A program made the position numbers and the translations under genes. From an uncultured Candidatus Saccharibacteria bacterium (GTDB lineage: Bacteria; Patescibacteriota; Doudnabacteria; UBA920), in contig CAYYQK010000001.1 of the NCBI GenBank assembly GCA_964473815.1, positions 179,845-243,844 of the forward strand: 64,000 nucleotides of DNA, in the 5' to 3' direction. Of this stretch, positions 29,418 through 38,926 are shown piece after piece (position 1 is the stretch's first letter; the number at the start of each line of letters is the position of its first letter). The notes beneath the pieces are model-generated. The model was not told the origin of the DNA. It worked only from the letters and a program-made list of their open reading frames with translations, and did not search any database.

Positions 29418-30529
29418 TAAGCCTTTGCTGATAATTTACTTTGTCGGGACACATTTAACACAATCCCACAGCCGGCTAAGGTTGTAATCATGGCTGTGCT
29501 CCCATAACTGAAGAATGGTAGCGGAATTCCGGTTAGTGGAAGTAAACCAGTTATTGCACCAATATTTACTACGACGCTCGATGCAATAATACCCATTATG
29601 CCAACAGATAACATTTTCCCGAAAAGATCAGGAGCGCGCAAAGCAATTTGCATCCCTCGATAAATAAAGGCCACAAAGAGAAGTAATATAACAAGGATAC
29701 GTATAAAGCCTAATTCCTCTGCCATAACTGCAAAAATTGAATCACTAGCTGCTTCGGGTAAATAGGAATATTTTTGTCGGGAGTGCCCGTAACCATATCC
29801 AAACCAACCGCCGCTACCAATAGCAATTAAGGCTTGGTTGATTTGATAACTAATACTTTGCGTACCAGTAGATCTGTTAAGGAAAGCAGTTAATCTATGC
29901 GCGCGGTATGGTTCGAGTTTAATGAGCAACAACATTGCAGCTGTTCCTGCACCTGCAAGCCATCCAAAATATCTTAGCTGAATTCCGCCAACGAACATTA
30001 CAATCGCCCCACTCATTATTAATGAAATCATTGTGCCGAGGTCAGGTTGCCACAAAATCAAAGCACAATACAAACCAATGATCATGACAGGTGGGAAAAC
30101 TGAGTGCATGAATCCTTTGTAGTGGTCGCGCTCGCTCATCCAGCCGGCCAAATAAATCACTAATGCTAATTTCGCTGCTTCTGAAGGTTGGAAAAAAATT
30201 GGTCCCAAATGTACCCAACGCGTCGCTCCATTAGCAGAAAAACCAATCCCTGGGATCTTTACTAACATTAATGCCCCCAATGTCGCAATTAATGCAAAAG
30301 GAATTATTTTTTTCCAAAAATGATAATCAATTCTGGAAATAATAAACATTCCTACAAGCCCGATACCAACTCCGTATAACAATTGATGAGAAAAGTAAGT
30401 ACTGGGATTCCCAAAGGTCTGTTGCGATATTACTGTTGATGCAGACCACAGCATTATTAAACCAATCACTAATAAGCCAATTAGTAATCCTAAAAAAATA
30501 TAATCAACTGATTTGGTATTTTTTGCCAT
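29417..30529 (-). CDS. ftsW: SEDS-family peptidoglycan glycosyltransferase (FtsW/RodA)
   Basis: 370 aa polytopic with FtsW/RodA signatures (MLWSASTV ... PDLGT ... GFIGxxxLL). Confidence 0.85.
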   Translation of the reverse strand: MAKNTKSVDYIFLGLLIGLLVIGLIMLWSASTVISQQTFGNPSTYFSHQLLYGVGIGLVGMFIISRIDYHFWKKIIPFALIATLGALMLVKIPGIGFSANGATRWVHLGPIFFQPSEAAKLALVIYLAGWMSERDHYKGFMHSVFPPVMIIGLYCALILWQPDLGTMISLIMSGAIVMFVGGIQLRYFGWLAGAGTAAMLLLIKLEPYRAHRLTAFLNRSTGTQSISYQINQALIAIGSGGWFGYGYGHSRQKYSYLPEAASDSIFAVMAEELGFIRILVILLLFVAFIYRGMQIALRAPDLFGKMLSVGIMGIIASSVVVNIGAITGLLPLTGIPLPFFSYGSTAMITTLAGCGIVLNVSRQSKLSAKA

Positions 30530-30536
30530 TTGTTTT

Positions 30537-31865
30537 TTAAGATTGTCGAGATACTAATTCTGCAAATTGATGACCACGCTGTGCGTAATTTTCAAACATA
30601 TCAAAAGAGGAAGCGCCTGGGCTAAGTAGCACCACATCCCCTGCTTTAGCCTGTTGTTTTGCCTCGTTCACTGCTTCCTTAAAATCTGTGAATGGACCAT
30701 ACACTTTGGAAGATAAATTACTTTTTTCTAGTTCTGGTTTTAGAATTGCCCCTACTTGTCCGAGTAAAATTATACTAACTAAATTTGTTCGGGCCTTTAG
30801 ATCGGCAACAAGTCCTGAATAATCGATATTTTTATTATCGCCACCTAAAAATAAATGCACTGGTTCTGTAAAGGAATTTAATGCAGCAATAGTGGTTTCT
30901 GGAACAGTAGAAATTGAATCATTGTAATATTTTACACCACCGAAGTCACCAACCAGTTGCAAGCGATGTTCTAGCCCGGCAAATTCCTGAATCACCTGCT
31001 CAATTATTTCCTTTGAAACTTTCAAATTTAAGGCCACCAAACTCGCGGCAGCAATATTTTGTAAATTGTGCACCCCACGCAGTTTACGATCCGCGCAGTT
31101 AATGGTAATTTTTTCACCGTCTAAGCTAATTTCAATTCTATTATTAGCTCCATCTATGAACACTCCAGAATCAGGTTGATGTTTAGAAGAAATAGTTTGT
31201 TTAACACCGCTTCCTTGCTGCCCAATAACTCTACTTGCTTCAAAGTCTTCGTTATAGATAGCAATGTCATGGCTATTTTGAAAAGCAACTATCGCTGCTT
31301 TCGCGTTATGATATTCATCTAAATTAGCGTGATGATTTAAATGATCAGAAGTCACCATTAAGCAGACACCAATTTGTGGACTTTGGTTTAAATCTTGCAA
31401 CTGGAAGCTAGACATTTCATAAACGATCAGATCTTCAGAGGTTAGTTTGTCTAAAAACTCAAGAGGTTGGGTCTTGCCAATATTGCCTGTTAAATAAATT
31501 TGTTTTTCGGGGAATGATTTTTGTAAAATTTCATGAATCAATGCACAGGTTGTTCCCTTTCCTTTTGTTCCTGTGACACCAATAATTTTTGCAGGGCAAG
31601 ATTCAAAAAACCATTTTGCTTGACTGGTTATTACGCTACCCGCTTTCTCGGCTTCTAAAATTTCTGGAGTCTGTCGCCAAATACCCGGACTACGAAATAT
31701 AATTTCGAAATTTTTTAGTGTAGCCAGATAGTCATCACCATCTTTTGCTTTATCTAAAACAGTAGCCTGCAAGCCATGTGAATTAAGATATGATAAAACA
31801 GCTTGGCCTTCTTGGCCAAACCCTAAAATAGCAATCGACTTGTTTTGTAAATCAGATAACTGCAT
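30537..31865 (-). CDS. murD: UDP-N-acetylmuramoylalanine--D-glutamate ligase
   Basis: 442 aa. N-terminal Rossmann (IAILGFGQEG), Mur-ligase P-loop IIGVTGTKGKGTT, and position between mraY-side genes and ftsW. Confidence 0.8.
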   Translation of the reverse strand: MQLSDLQNKSIAILGFGQEGQAVLSYLNSHGLQATVLDKAKDGDDYLATLKNFEIIFRSPGIWRQTPEILEAEKAGSVITSQAKWFFESCPAKIIGVTGTKGKGTTCALIHEILQKSFPEKQIYLTGNIGKTQPLEFLDKLTSEDLIVYEMSSFQLQDLNQSPQIGVCLMVTSDHLNHHANLDEYHNAKAAIVAFQNSHDIAIYNEDFEASRVIGQQGSGVKQTISSKHQPDSGVFIDGANNRIEISLDGEKITINCADRKLRGVHNLQNIAAASLVALNLKVSKEIIEQVIQEFAGLEHRLQLVGDFGGVKYYNDSISTVPETTIAALNSFTEPVHLFLGGDNKNIDYSGLVADLKARTNLVSIILLGQVGAILKPELEKSNLSSKVYGPFTDFKEAVNEAKQQAKAGDVVLLSPGASSFDMFENYAQRGHQFAELVSRQS

Positions 31866-31873
31866 TGGGATTT

Positions 31874-33442
31874 TTATCGTTCTTTTTTAAGAAAAACTCC
31901 AGCTTGGGTACCAGTAGGAATATTATTTGTAACCGCACGTTGCCCATTAACCCATACGCCAATTACCCCCTCTGGGTAACGGAAAGGATTCTCTAAACTG
32001 GACTGAGAGTCAATTTTCAGCATATCTAAGAGGACTAAATCCGCCTTGTTGCCAATGGTAATGCTCCCTCGATTTTTTATCCCTGCTTTTTGCGCAGGGC
32101 CAAAAGTCAGTTTTCGAATCGCTTCAGACAGGTTAATAGATTTAGATTTTATAACGTTATGCAAGAATTTAGGCGCAGTTCCAAAACAGCGCGGATGCAC
32201 TAATTTAGATGTATCGTTTACATCGTAACCGCTGCCATTAGTCGCAATAAAACTTAATGAATGATTACAAAAGGCATCTACAACTTTATCGCTTAAGCTT
32301 TTATCAAAAACTAAAATTTCAGTTCCGCCATTCTCAATTAAGTGCAACAGAGCCTCTTCGCTGGTAGTTCCAAAATCCGCAGCGATAGAAGAAATAGTTT
32401 TTCCGGTAACCATTAATTTTGCAGCAGTCGAAGCAACTATTAAATTTGGAATATCGCTGTGAGAAGTGTTAAGTGCCTGCAAAACTTTTGTCCGTTGAGT
32501 TTTATCGCGTAAGATTTCTATCAATTGTAAACGACCACCAGCAGTGGCCCAAGTTGGTAAATAAGTATACAGAGCTTGCCATGTTGATGTGTATGGATAA
32601 ACATCAAAGTGAACATTGGTGCCTCGGTGCCAGGCGTTTTCTATTTCTGCTAGCACATCTGGCAGAAGTCCCCAGTTTTCTTTGTAACGAATTTTGATGT
32701 GCGAAATTTTTAGATTCGCTTTTGCGTGTTCAGCTGCGGCAATTACTTCGCGCACACTTGCTACCACGTCTTCGCTTTCATCTCGTAAGTGAACCGCTAA
32801 GTAAGCATTATTGGCAGCAACCATTTGAGCAATCTCGTATAATTCGATGTCGGAAATATTAGCCTCGTGAGCGTAAGCAAAACCCGTAGAAATCCCAAAT
32901 GCTCCTTGATCCAGCGAATCATTGGCTAGGCGTTTTAAAGTTTCTAATTCATCTGCGGAAATTGGAGTTTGACGATCTCCAATAAGGCCGCGCCGCAAAG
33001 TTGAATACCCAACCAGACTTGCTACATTGGGCCCAAATTTCTGCTGCGACATCGTTTCTACAAACTCATCAAAACCGCGCCAGTTTACATTCACGCCATC
33101 AAGGGTGTGCCACTTTTGCAATGACAACAAAGCATTCTCGGAAATTAACGGCGCTAAACTTGCACCAGAGTTTCCTACCATGACAGTTGTGTAGCCTTGA
33201 GTGATCATGCTGTGCAATAACGGTCCGTCGAACAATCGCCAATGACTGTCGCTATGATCTTGCAGATCAATGAATCCAGGAGCTAAAACCTTACCCTCTG
33301 CATGAACAACTTCCTGCGCAGACGATTTAATCTCCGAGGCAATATTAACTATCCGATCGCCTTCTACTGCAACATCAGCAGTAACAGGCTCTTTGCCCAT
33401 CCCATCAATTACCGTGGCGTTTTTAATAAGTAAGGAATACAT
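31874..33442 (-). CDS. Amidohydrolase-superfamily protein (D-aminoacylase / N-acyl-D-amino-acid deacylase-like)
   Basis: 522 aa beginning IKNATVIDGMG ... VLAPGFIDLQDHSDSHW. It has the overall Amidohydro_3 layout, but the first metal-ligand motif reads QDHSDSH rather than HxH. Confidence 0.6.
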   Translation of the reverse strand: MYSLLIKNATVIDGMGKEPVTADVAVEGDRIVNIASEIKSSAQEVVHAEGKVLAPGFIDLQDHSDSHWRLFDGPLLHSMITQGYTTVMVGNSGASLAPLISENALLSLQKWHTLDGVNVNWRGFDEFVETMSQQKFGPNVASLVGYSTLRRGLIGDRQTPISADELETLKRLANDSLDQGAFGISTGFAYAHEANISDIELYEIAQMVAANNAYLAVHLRDESEDVVASVREVIAAAEHAKANLKISHIKIRYKENWGLLPDVLAEIENAWHRGTNVHFDVYPYTSTWQALYTYLPTWATAGGRLQLIEILRDKTQRTKVLQALNTSHSDIPNLIVASTAAKLMVTGKTISSIAADFGTTSEEALLHLIENGGTEILVFDKSLSDKVVDAFCNHSLSFIATNGSGYDVNDTSKLVHPRCFGTAPKFLHNVIKSKSINLSEAIRKLTFGPAQKAGIKNRGSITIGNKADLVLLDMLKIDSQSSLENPFRYPEGVIGVWVNGQRAVTNNIPTGTQAGVFLKKER

Positions 33443-34510
33443 TTATTTATCCAAAAAGAAAATTATCACGCCAATTATTCCAGCCACGACTGATAAAATC
33501 CAAAAGCGCATTGTGACTTTGGATTCCGGCCACCCCAATGCTTCTAAATGATGATGTATTGGCGCGCTTAAAAAAAGTTTTTTCTTAAAAGCATGGCGCC
33601 ATACATATTGCAAGAGCAAGGTGGCTGCTTCAATAACAAAAATAATTCCAATGATAGGCAGGAGCATCACGTGATTGGTTAAAAACGCCACTATCGTTAT
33701 TAAGGTTCCCAGTGCCATTGAGCCCGTATCACCCATAAAAAATCTGGCTGGATGAACATTGAACCACAAAAATGCTAGTAAGGCTCCGCATATCACACCA
33801 AGTAAAGTCGCTAAATTAGGGCTTCCCTGAAAGTAAGCAATCACACCGAAACAGAAAAACGAAGTGGCTAATGTGCCGCCCGCTAAACCATCCAAACCAT
33901 CAGTCTGGTTAACAGCGAAACTTGTACCGACTACAACCAAAATAAAGAAAGGAATGAACCATAACCCTAAAACATAATCACCATAGAAAGGAATGTGTAC
34001 TGCATCATGGCCAAGTTTAAAATAAAACCACCACGCACCCAAGGCGGCAACCAATGCGTATAGCATTAGTTTGACTCGGAATCGAATCCCGCGGCCTTTA
34101 TGTCCGCGGCCACGAATATCCAAGAAATCATCTAAAGCGCCAACAACTGCAGCTCCAAACATCGCTACGAGCGGTAATAGAGTTTCTTTGCGAGTGAGAA
34201 AATTGAAAATATGAAAGTCTCTAATCTGTAATAGGCGGTCTAGGAACCAAAAGCCGGCGGCTAAAGACAAAGCTGTTCCCCAAACTAAAATTCCACCCAT
34301 CGTAGGTGTGCCGCGCTTCTTTTCGTGCAAGCTGGAATATACAGGCGTGCTGCCATCAGAGCGAATATTTTTGCCTAATTTAAAGCGGTAAAGTAAATCT
34401 GTGAGAAGTGGAGTTAGGACAATTGCAAATAGGAAACCAATCGAACTTAAACTAAAAATTTTGATCAAATCGTCCGTATTCATAAATATATTATACCACA
34501 TATTAAGCAA
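33443..34510 (-). CDS. mraY: Phospho-N-acetylmuramoyl-pentapeptide transferase
   Basis: 355 aa polytopic. Conserved GTPTMGG ... VNQTDGLDGLA ... FMGDTGS motifs. Confidence 0.9.
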   Translation of the reverse strand: MLNMWYNIFMNTDDLIKIFSLSSIGFLFAIVLTPLLTDLLYRFKLGKNIRSDGSTPVYSSLHEKKRGTPTMGGILVWGTALSLAAGFWFLDRLLQIRDFHIFNFLTRKETLLPLVAMFGAAVVGALDDFLDIRGRGHKGRGIRFRVKLMLYALVAALGAWWFYFKLGHDAVHIPFYGDYVLGLWFIPFFILVVVGTSFAVNQTDGLDGLAGGTLATSFFCFGVIAYFQGSPNLATLLGVICGALLAFLWFNVHPARFFMGDTGSMALGTLITIVAFLTNHVMLLPIIGIIFVIEAATLLLQYVWRHAFKKKLFLSAPIHHHLEALGWPESKVTMRFWILSVVAGIIGVIIFFLDK

Positions 34511-34516
34511 AAACCC

Positions 34517-35452
34517 CTAGTTCGGGGTTAATTGCGCTTTGAGTAGTTTGGTGTCGCCTTCTCTGTCCTGGCTATCTAGTACGATAATGACAAATTTTCG
34601 ATCTTTGTGATGAATGGCTGTAATCATCGCACCCTTCGCCTCGTCTGTAAAACCTGTTTTTATAGCAAAGATTTCCGGATCCGATTTAATTAGAGTGTTG
34701 GTTGCTTTGACGTAATAACTATTGCCATTCTCACTCGTAAAAGAATAACCAGTGCTTTTATCTATGTCTTTAAAAAATTCAATGGGCTGCAAGGCTAATA
34801 CTAGTTTTTGTAAATCTTCTGCTGTTGAATAATTTTGTTCGCTATCAAACCCAATTGGATTCTCATAGTGCGTTGAATTCATTCCTAATTTTTTTGCTTC
34901 ACTGTTCATGAGTTCTATCGCACTCACGTTTTTTTGAGTACCAATGTATTGACCGAGAGCTTTGGCGGCATCATTTGCAGAACCGATTAACATCGAGTTT
35001 AATAAATCTGAAATTTTAACTCTATCGCCTACTTTCAAACCTAACACTGGATTAATATTTTCTGTACTTGCGCTTGTAATTCCCCATACATCGTCTCGGT
35101 GACCATACTTTGTTACAACGTACGCGGTCATCAATTTTGTCAGGCTGGCAATAGCCACACTAGACTGCGGATTCCGGCTGGCAATGGTTTTACCACTGAC
35201 TTCATCAAACACCAAAAAACTGCCGGCTTTCACATTGGCACCAAACTGCGCGTTGTCCACAGGCTGGTTAAAAGTTCCTAAATTAGCATTGTCATTCTGC
35301 TGGCTTTTTTTGCCCATATCTACGCCAGATTCAGGAGCCAATAACGGATTGCTGAAAATAAAAACCGCGCCAGCCAGTACCACTAGCACGACAATTAGAC
35401 CAAATAATCTTTGCGAATGTTTAGATTTTATTATTTCCTTCACTTTTCCCAT
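34517..35452 (-). CDS. Serine-type D-alanyl-D-alanine carboxypeptidase (peptidase S11, PBP5-like)
   Basis: 311 aa with signal anchor. SxxK active site ASLTKLMT, then SGN-like GSANDAA and KTG (IKTGFT). Confidence 0.8.
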   Translation of the reverse strand: MGKVKEIIKSKHSQRLFGLIVVLVVLAGAVFIFSNPLLAPESGVDMGKKSQQNDNANLGTFNQPVDNAQFGANVKAGSFLVFDEVSGKTIASRNPQSSVAIASLTKLMTAYVVTKYGHRDDVWGITSASTENINPVLGLKVGDRVKISDLLNSMLIGSANDAAKALGQYIGTQKNVSAIELMNSEAKKLGMNSTHYENPIGFDSEQNYSTAEDLQKLVLALQPIEFFKDIDKSTGYSFTSENGNSYYVKATNTLIKSDPEIFAIKTGFTDEAKGAMITAIHHKDRKFVIIVLDSQDREGDTKLLKAQLTPN

Positions 35453-35520
35453 TATAAAGCATAATTCATTGACAAGCTATCCGGCTACAAGCTATGATAT
35501 TCAAGCATTAATAAACATTT

Positions 35521-35850
35521 ATGAAAGAAATCAAAGTAGATAATAACAATTTTCAGGACGAAGTCCTTAATTCTGAGCTCCCTGTATTAGTTGATTTTTG
35601 GGCTGAATGGTGTGGTCCTTGTAAGATCATTGGTCCGATTTTGTCAGAGTTAGCCGAAACTTATGATGGTAAGTTCAAAGTCGCAAAGTTGAATGTTGAT
35701 GAAAATCCAGACTTAACTGGTCGCTATCACGTACAAAGCATTCCAACCATGAAGTTCTTTAAGAATGGTGAACCCGTTGGTGACATTATTGGCGCAGCTC
35801 CGAAGAACACTATCGAAGAAGAAATTAAAAAACAGATTGCTGCAGCGTAA
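35521..35850 (+). CDS. trxA: Thioredoxin
   Basis: 109 aa with the WAEWCGPCK active site. One of the few plus-strand genes. Confidence 0.9.
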   Translation: MKEIKVDNNNFQDEVLNSELPVLVDFWAEWCGPCKIIGPILSELAETYDGKFKVAKLNVDENPDLTGRYHVQSIPTMKFFKNGEPVGDIIGAAPKNTIEEEIKKQIAAA

Positions 35851-35866
35851 ACCAGATTTACAAAAA

Positions 35867-35887
35867 ACTCCCGCAAGGGAGTTTTTA
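35867..35887. terminator. Bidirectional hairpin terminator
   Basis: AAAAAACTCCC-GCAA-GGGAGTTTTT between the convergent trxA and ATPase genes. Confidence 0.65.
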
Positions 35888-35896
35888 AATTGCTGC

Positions 35897-37684
35897 TTAA
35901 AGAGTTTGGGTTTCACCCGGCTGAAGCACACCAGAATTTGATTGCCTGGCTGTTTCAGGAATCACGGCTTCGGTTGGTTTTTCCGGGATAGCGGTATTAG
36001 TATTAAAAGCTGCTTCTACTCTGTCAGTTAAGTCTTTTTTCTTTAAAGTCTCGTTGGTAGTTTGCATTTTGGCTGCTGTATCCCAAATTGGATTACTCTT
36101 TGAATTTGGTTTTTTATTCTGCTGTGGCTTCTGCGGTTTTTTACCAGCTTGTGCAGGGTTATTACGCATGTTTTGCATGCGCTCCTTGAATGAAGAAGAA
36201 ATTTTAACAGCGGGTTTACGCGGAGCTTCTTGTTGCTGGGTGGGTTGGATCTGTGGTGGTGGTTCGACAGATTCGTTATGTGGTAGCTCTTCTTTGATAG
36301 GCTCCAGTATGACTGATTGCTCCGTAGCTACTGCTTGCGGCCGTTCAGTGTGCTCCACACCGCTGGCGCTGTCTGCTGCGGCTTCATGGAATTCAGTTCC
36401 CATCCAACGATTAATTTTATCTTCCACTTCAGCGGCAGGATTAGCGTACCGTTCGCGGGAAACTTTGATTACCTTATCACCGTTTCCAGTGAACCAATTT
36501 TCATCAACCTGAAGAGCGTGCGCAGTAAAAGGATCACTGGCCACACCGTTAATCATTAACTTTAGAATAATATTATATTTCGGAATATTTACAATGTCAT
36601 TAGGAGTAAATGACGGGGCAAATTCTGTTTCTAAATATTCGGCGTCAGCTGCCCCAACGCGGAACACAATCATACTGCCAACGTTGCCAAATACCGCATC
36701 TCGCATCTTAGTATTTCCTTCTGGCATTAATTGTCCGATATACTGATGGCCCATGGTCAAATTCAAGCGGTATTTACGGGCCTCAGACAAGATAGTCGCA
36801 AACGAATCAGTTACAAAGTTTTGAAACTCATCAACATACAAATAGAAATCTTTACGATCTTCTTCGGGGATATCTACGCGCGACAAAGCAGCCAACTGCA
36901 ATTTGGTAATAATCATTGCCCCTAACAAAGCCGAGTTATCTTCTCCCACTTTTCCTTTAGAGAGGTCAAGGAGTAAAATTTTACGGCTATCCATTATTTC
37001 TCGCAAGTCTATGGTACTTTTTGGCTGGCCAACAATATTTCTAATAACACCCGATGACAAAAACTGCCCAACTTTGTTTTGAATCGGTGCCACGGCTTCA
37101 GTTCGATACTTTTCTGCGTAATTAGCAAATTCTTCCAACCAAAAAGCGCGCACCATTGGGTCTTTAATACTGTCGACAATTTTCTTACGGTACTTTTTGT
37201 CGACATACATGCGCACAATACCAAGCATGGTGTTGCCAGGACTATCAAGCAAAGCCAAAATAGTGTTGCTCAAAATATATTCCATACGACTAGACCACAT
37301 GTTCGCCCAAATTTTAGTAAACACACCCATCAAACCCGAAGCAACTAAGTGCTTGTACTTGCTGTCAACGGCTTCGAGGATATTAAATGCAATCGGATTA
37401 TCAAGATCAGCGGGGTTAAAGTACACGACATCATTGATGCGTTCATTCGGCACGTAATCCAAAATTTTTCTGATTGAATCACCATGAGGATCGATAAAAC
37501 AAACTCCATTGCCGTTGCGGATGTCCTGAATAACCATGTTTTCCATCATGGTGGTTTTACCCATACCGGTTTTACCGATAATGTACATGTGGCGGCGGCG
37601 GTCATCAGTTTTAATGCCAAAAGGCACTTGCCGGTTACGGAAGTTGGTTTTGGCAAAATAATTGATTTGTTCTTTTTCAGACAT
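35897..37684 (-). CDS. FtsK/HerA/TraD-superfamily (AAA_10-like) P-loop ATPase with long disordered Q/P/K-rich C-terminal tail
   Basis: 595 aa. Walker A is HMYIIGKTGMGKTT, followed by CFIDPHGD. Walker B is LYVDEFQNF. There is no N-terminal TM helix. The last 170 aa are low-complexity (PPPQIQPTQQQEAPRKP ... KKPQKPQQNKKPNSK). Confidence 0.55.
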   Translation of the reverse strand: MSEKEQINYFAKTNFRNRQVPFGIKTDDRRRHMYIIGKTGMGKTTMMENMVIQDIRNGNGVCFIDPHGDSIRKILDYVPNERINDVVYFNPADLDNPIAFNILEAVDSKYKHLVASGLMGVFTKIWANMWSSRMEYILSNTILALLDSPGNTMLGIVRMYVDKKYRKKIVDSIKDPMVRAFWLEEFANYAEKYRTEAVAPIQNKVGQFLSSGVIRNIVGQPKSTIDLREIMDSRKILLLDLSKGKVGEDNSALLGAMIITKLQLAALSRVDIPEEDRKDFYLYVDEFQNFVTDSFATILSEARKYRLNLTMGHQYIGQLMPEGNTKMRDAVFGNVGSMIVFRVGAADAEYLETEFAPSFTPNDIVNIPKYNIILKLMINGVASDPFTAHALQVDENWFTGNGDKVIKVSRERYANPAAEVEDKINRWMGTEFHEAAADSASGVEHTERPQAVATEQSVILEPIKEELPHNESVEPPPQIQPTQQQEAPRKPAVKISSSFKERMQNMRNNPAQAGKKPQKPQQNKKPNSKSNPIWDTAAKMQTTNETLKKKDLTDRVEAAFNTNTAIPEKPTEAVIPETARQSNSGVLQPGETQTL

Positions 37685-37727
37685 GTAAGTTTAGAATAAC
37701 ACTAAATGATGAAGATTATATAGCGAA

Positions 37728-38894
37728 CTAAATTGGAAGGTTTGCAGGAGGAGCAACTTTGCGGATATCCACAGTTTCCACTGCAGCTGGAGCAATGGTG
37801 CCTTGTTCAGTAATTGGAAAGTGAAAAATCGTCGCCAGTTCTTCGGTGTTTAAAATAAAACCCGGTTCTCCTACCCATGTACTCCGATCTTTAAAACCAT
37901 TAAAGATATTAATTTTTCGCTGTCGCACCCAATAATTAATAAAAGGAGCTTCTAAAGTTTGCGATATGCGCCAATCGAGTTTTGTGGAGAATGCCGGCTT
38001 TAAGCCATTAAAGTTTGCTGAATTGAATACCTTGAAAGGACTTAACACTAATTTCTTAGCGTCAGCATTGAATACATCTTTAGAGCCAAGATGTAGAATA
38101 CGCATTTTGGTTCTAAAGGCAACTTTCCCTAATTTAGCTTTAACTGCGGCGATTCGTAGTTTGGTAATATCATCCAATTCCACAACTGGTTTTCCATCAG
38201 CAAGTTTTTCAGCAACCGCATTTGCTTCATCTTTCCAGGAGGCATCCGCAACTGGTTGGATAACCATTTGGAACGCATATAATTCTTTCGGATGAAGTCT
38301 AGTGAAGACTTCCAACATTGGAGCAAGAGGATCAACCACTTTTTCACTGGCATCAGGACCTTTTTGGCTGATAAAGTCGCGGTAAGTCCGCAGAGGCACT
38401 GATTCTTTGTCTACCAATACAAAATCAGCACCAAATAAATCGTACTTATCAGAATCGGGGTCATAATTAAAGTTGGCGAGATAGTCATTGACCTCATGCA
38501 TTTCAATATGCGGATAGTTTGCGTAAAAGGCGGCTTCAATAACTTCGCGATGTTTGGTCGGGATGCGAATCATGTAGGAAATTTTTCCACCCAAGCTAAC
38601 TATTTCGAGTGACATCCAAAAAACTAACCGACCATCGATATATTTTTCCTGGAAATTATAATTATCAAACAGAATGTGGAGCTGGACAAAGATTTGTTCA
38701 GCATTGGCAAAGCTTGAAATATTTTCTTTTGGCGGCTTAATTTCTAAATATGTCCATTGAATCGACTTTTTGAAGTTGGTGTTAATTTCGTTCATGTAAA
38801 TCTTGAACGCCAACCAGAAAAAGAGCGGCACAAAAACGAGCCACCCGCCGTGACTAAAGATCACCCAGAAAACATGTAGTAAAGAGGTATTCAT
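37728..38894 (-). CDS. Single-pass membrane protein (388 aa), hypothetical
   Basis: N-terminal TM helix (WLVFVPLFFWLAFKIYM) and a large soluble domain with no recognised motif. 43 nt upstream of the ATPase gene. Confidence 0.4.
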   Translation of the reverse strand: MNTSLLHVFWVIFSHGGWLVFVPLFFWLAFKIYMNEINTNFKKSIQWTYLEIKPPKENISSFANAEQIFVQLHILFDNYNFQEKYIDGRLVFWMSLEIVSLGGKISYMIRIPTKHREVIEAAFYANYPHIEMHEVNDYLANFNYDPDSDKYDLFGADFVLVDKESVPLRTYRDFISQKGPDASEKVVDPLAPMLEVFTRLHPKELYAFQMVIQPVADASWKDEANAVAEKLADGKPVVELDDITKLRIAAVKAKLGKVAFRTKMRILHLGSKDVFNADAKKLVLSPFKVFNSANFNGLKPAFSTKLDWRISQTLEAPFINYWVRQRKINIFNGFKDRSTWVGEPGFILNTEELATIFHFPITEQGTIAPAAVETVDIRKVAPPANLPI

Positions 38895-38926
38895 AGTAGT
38901 TGTGTTTTTGTTTTGGGTTTCAAGAG

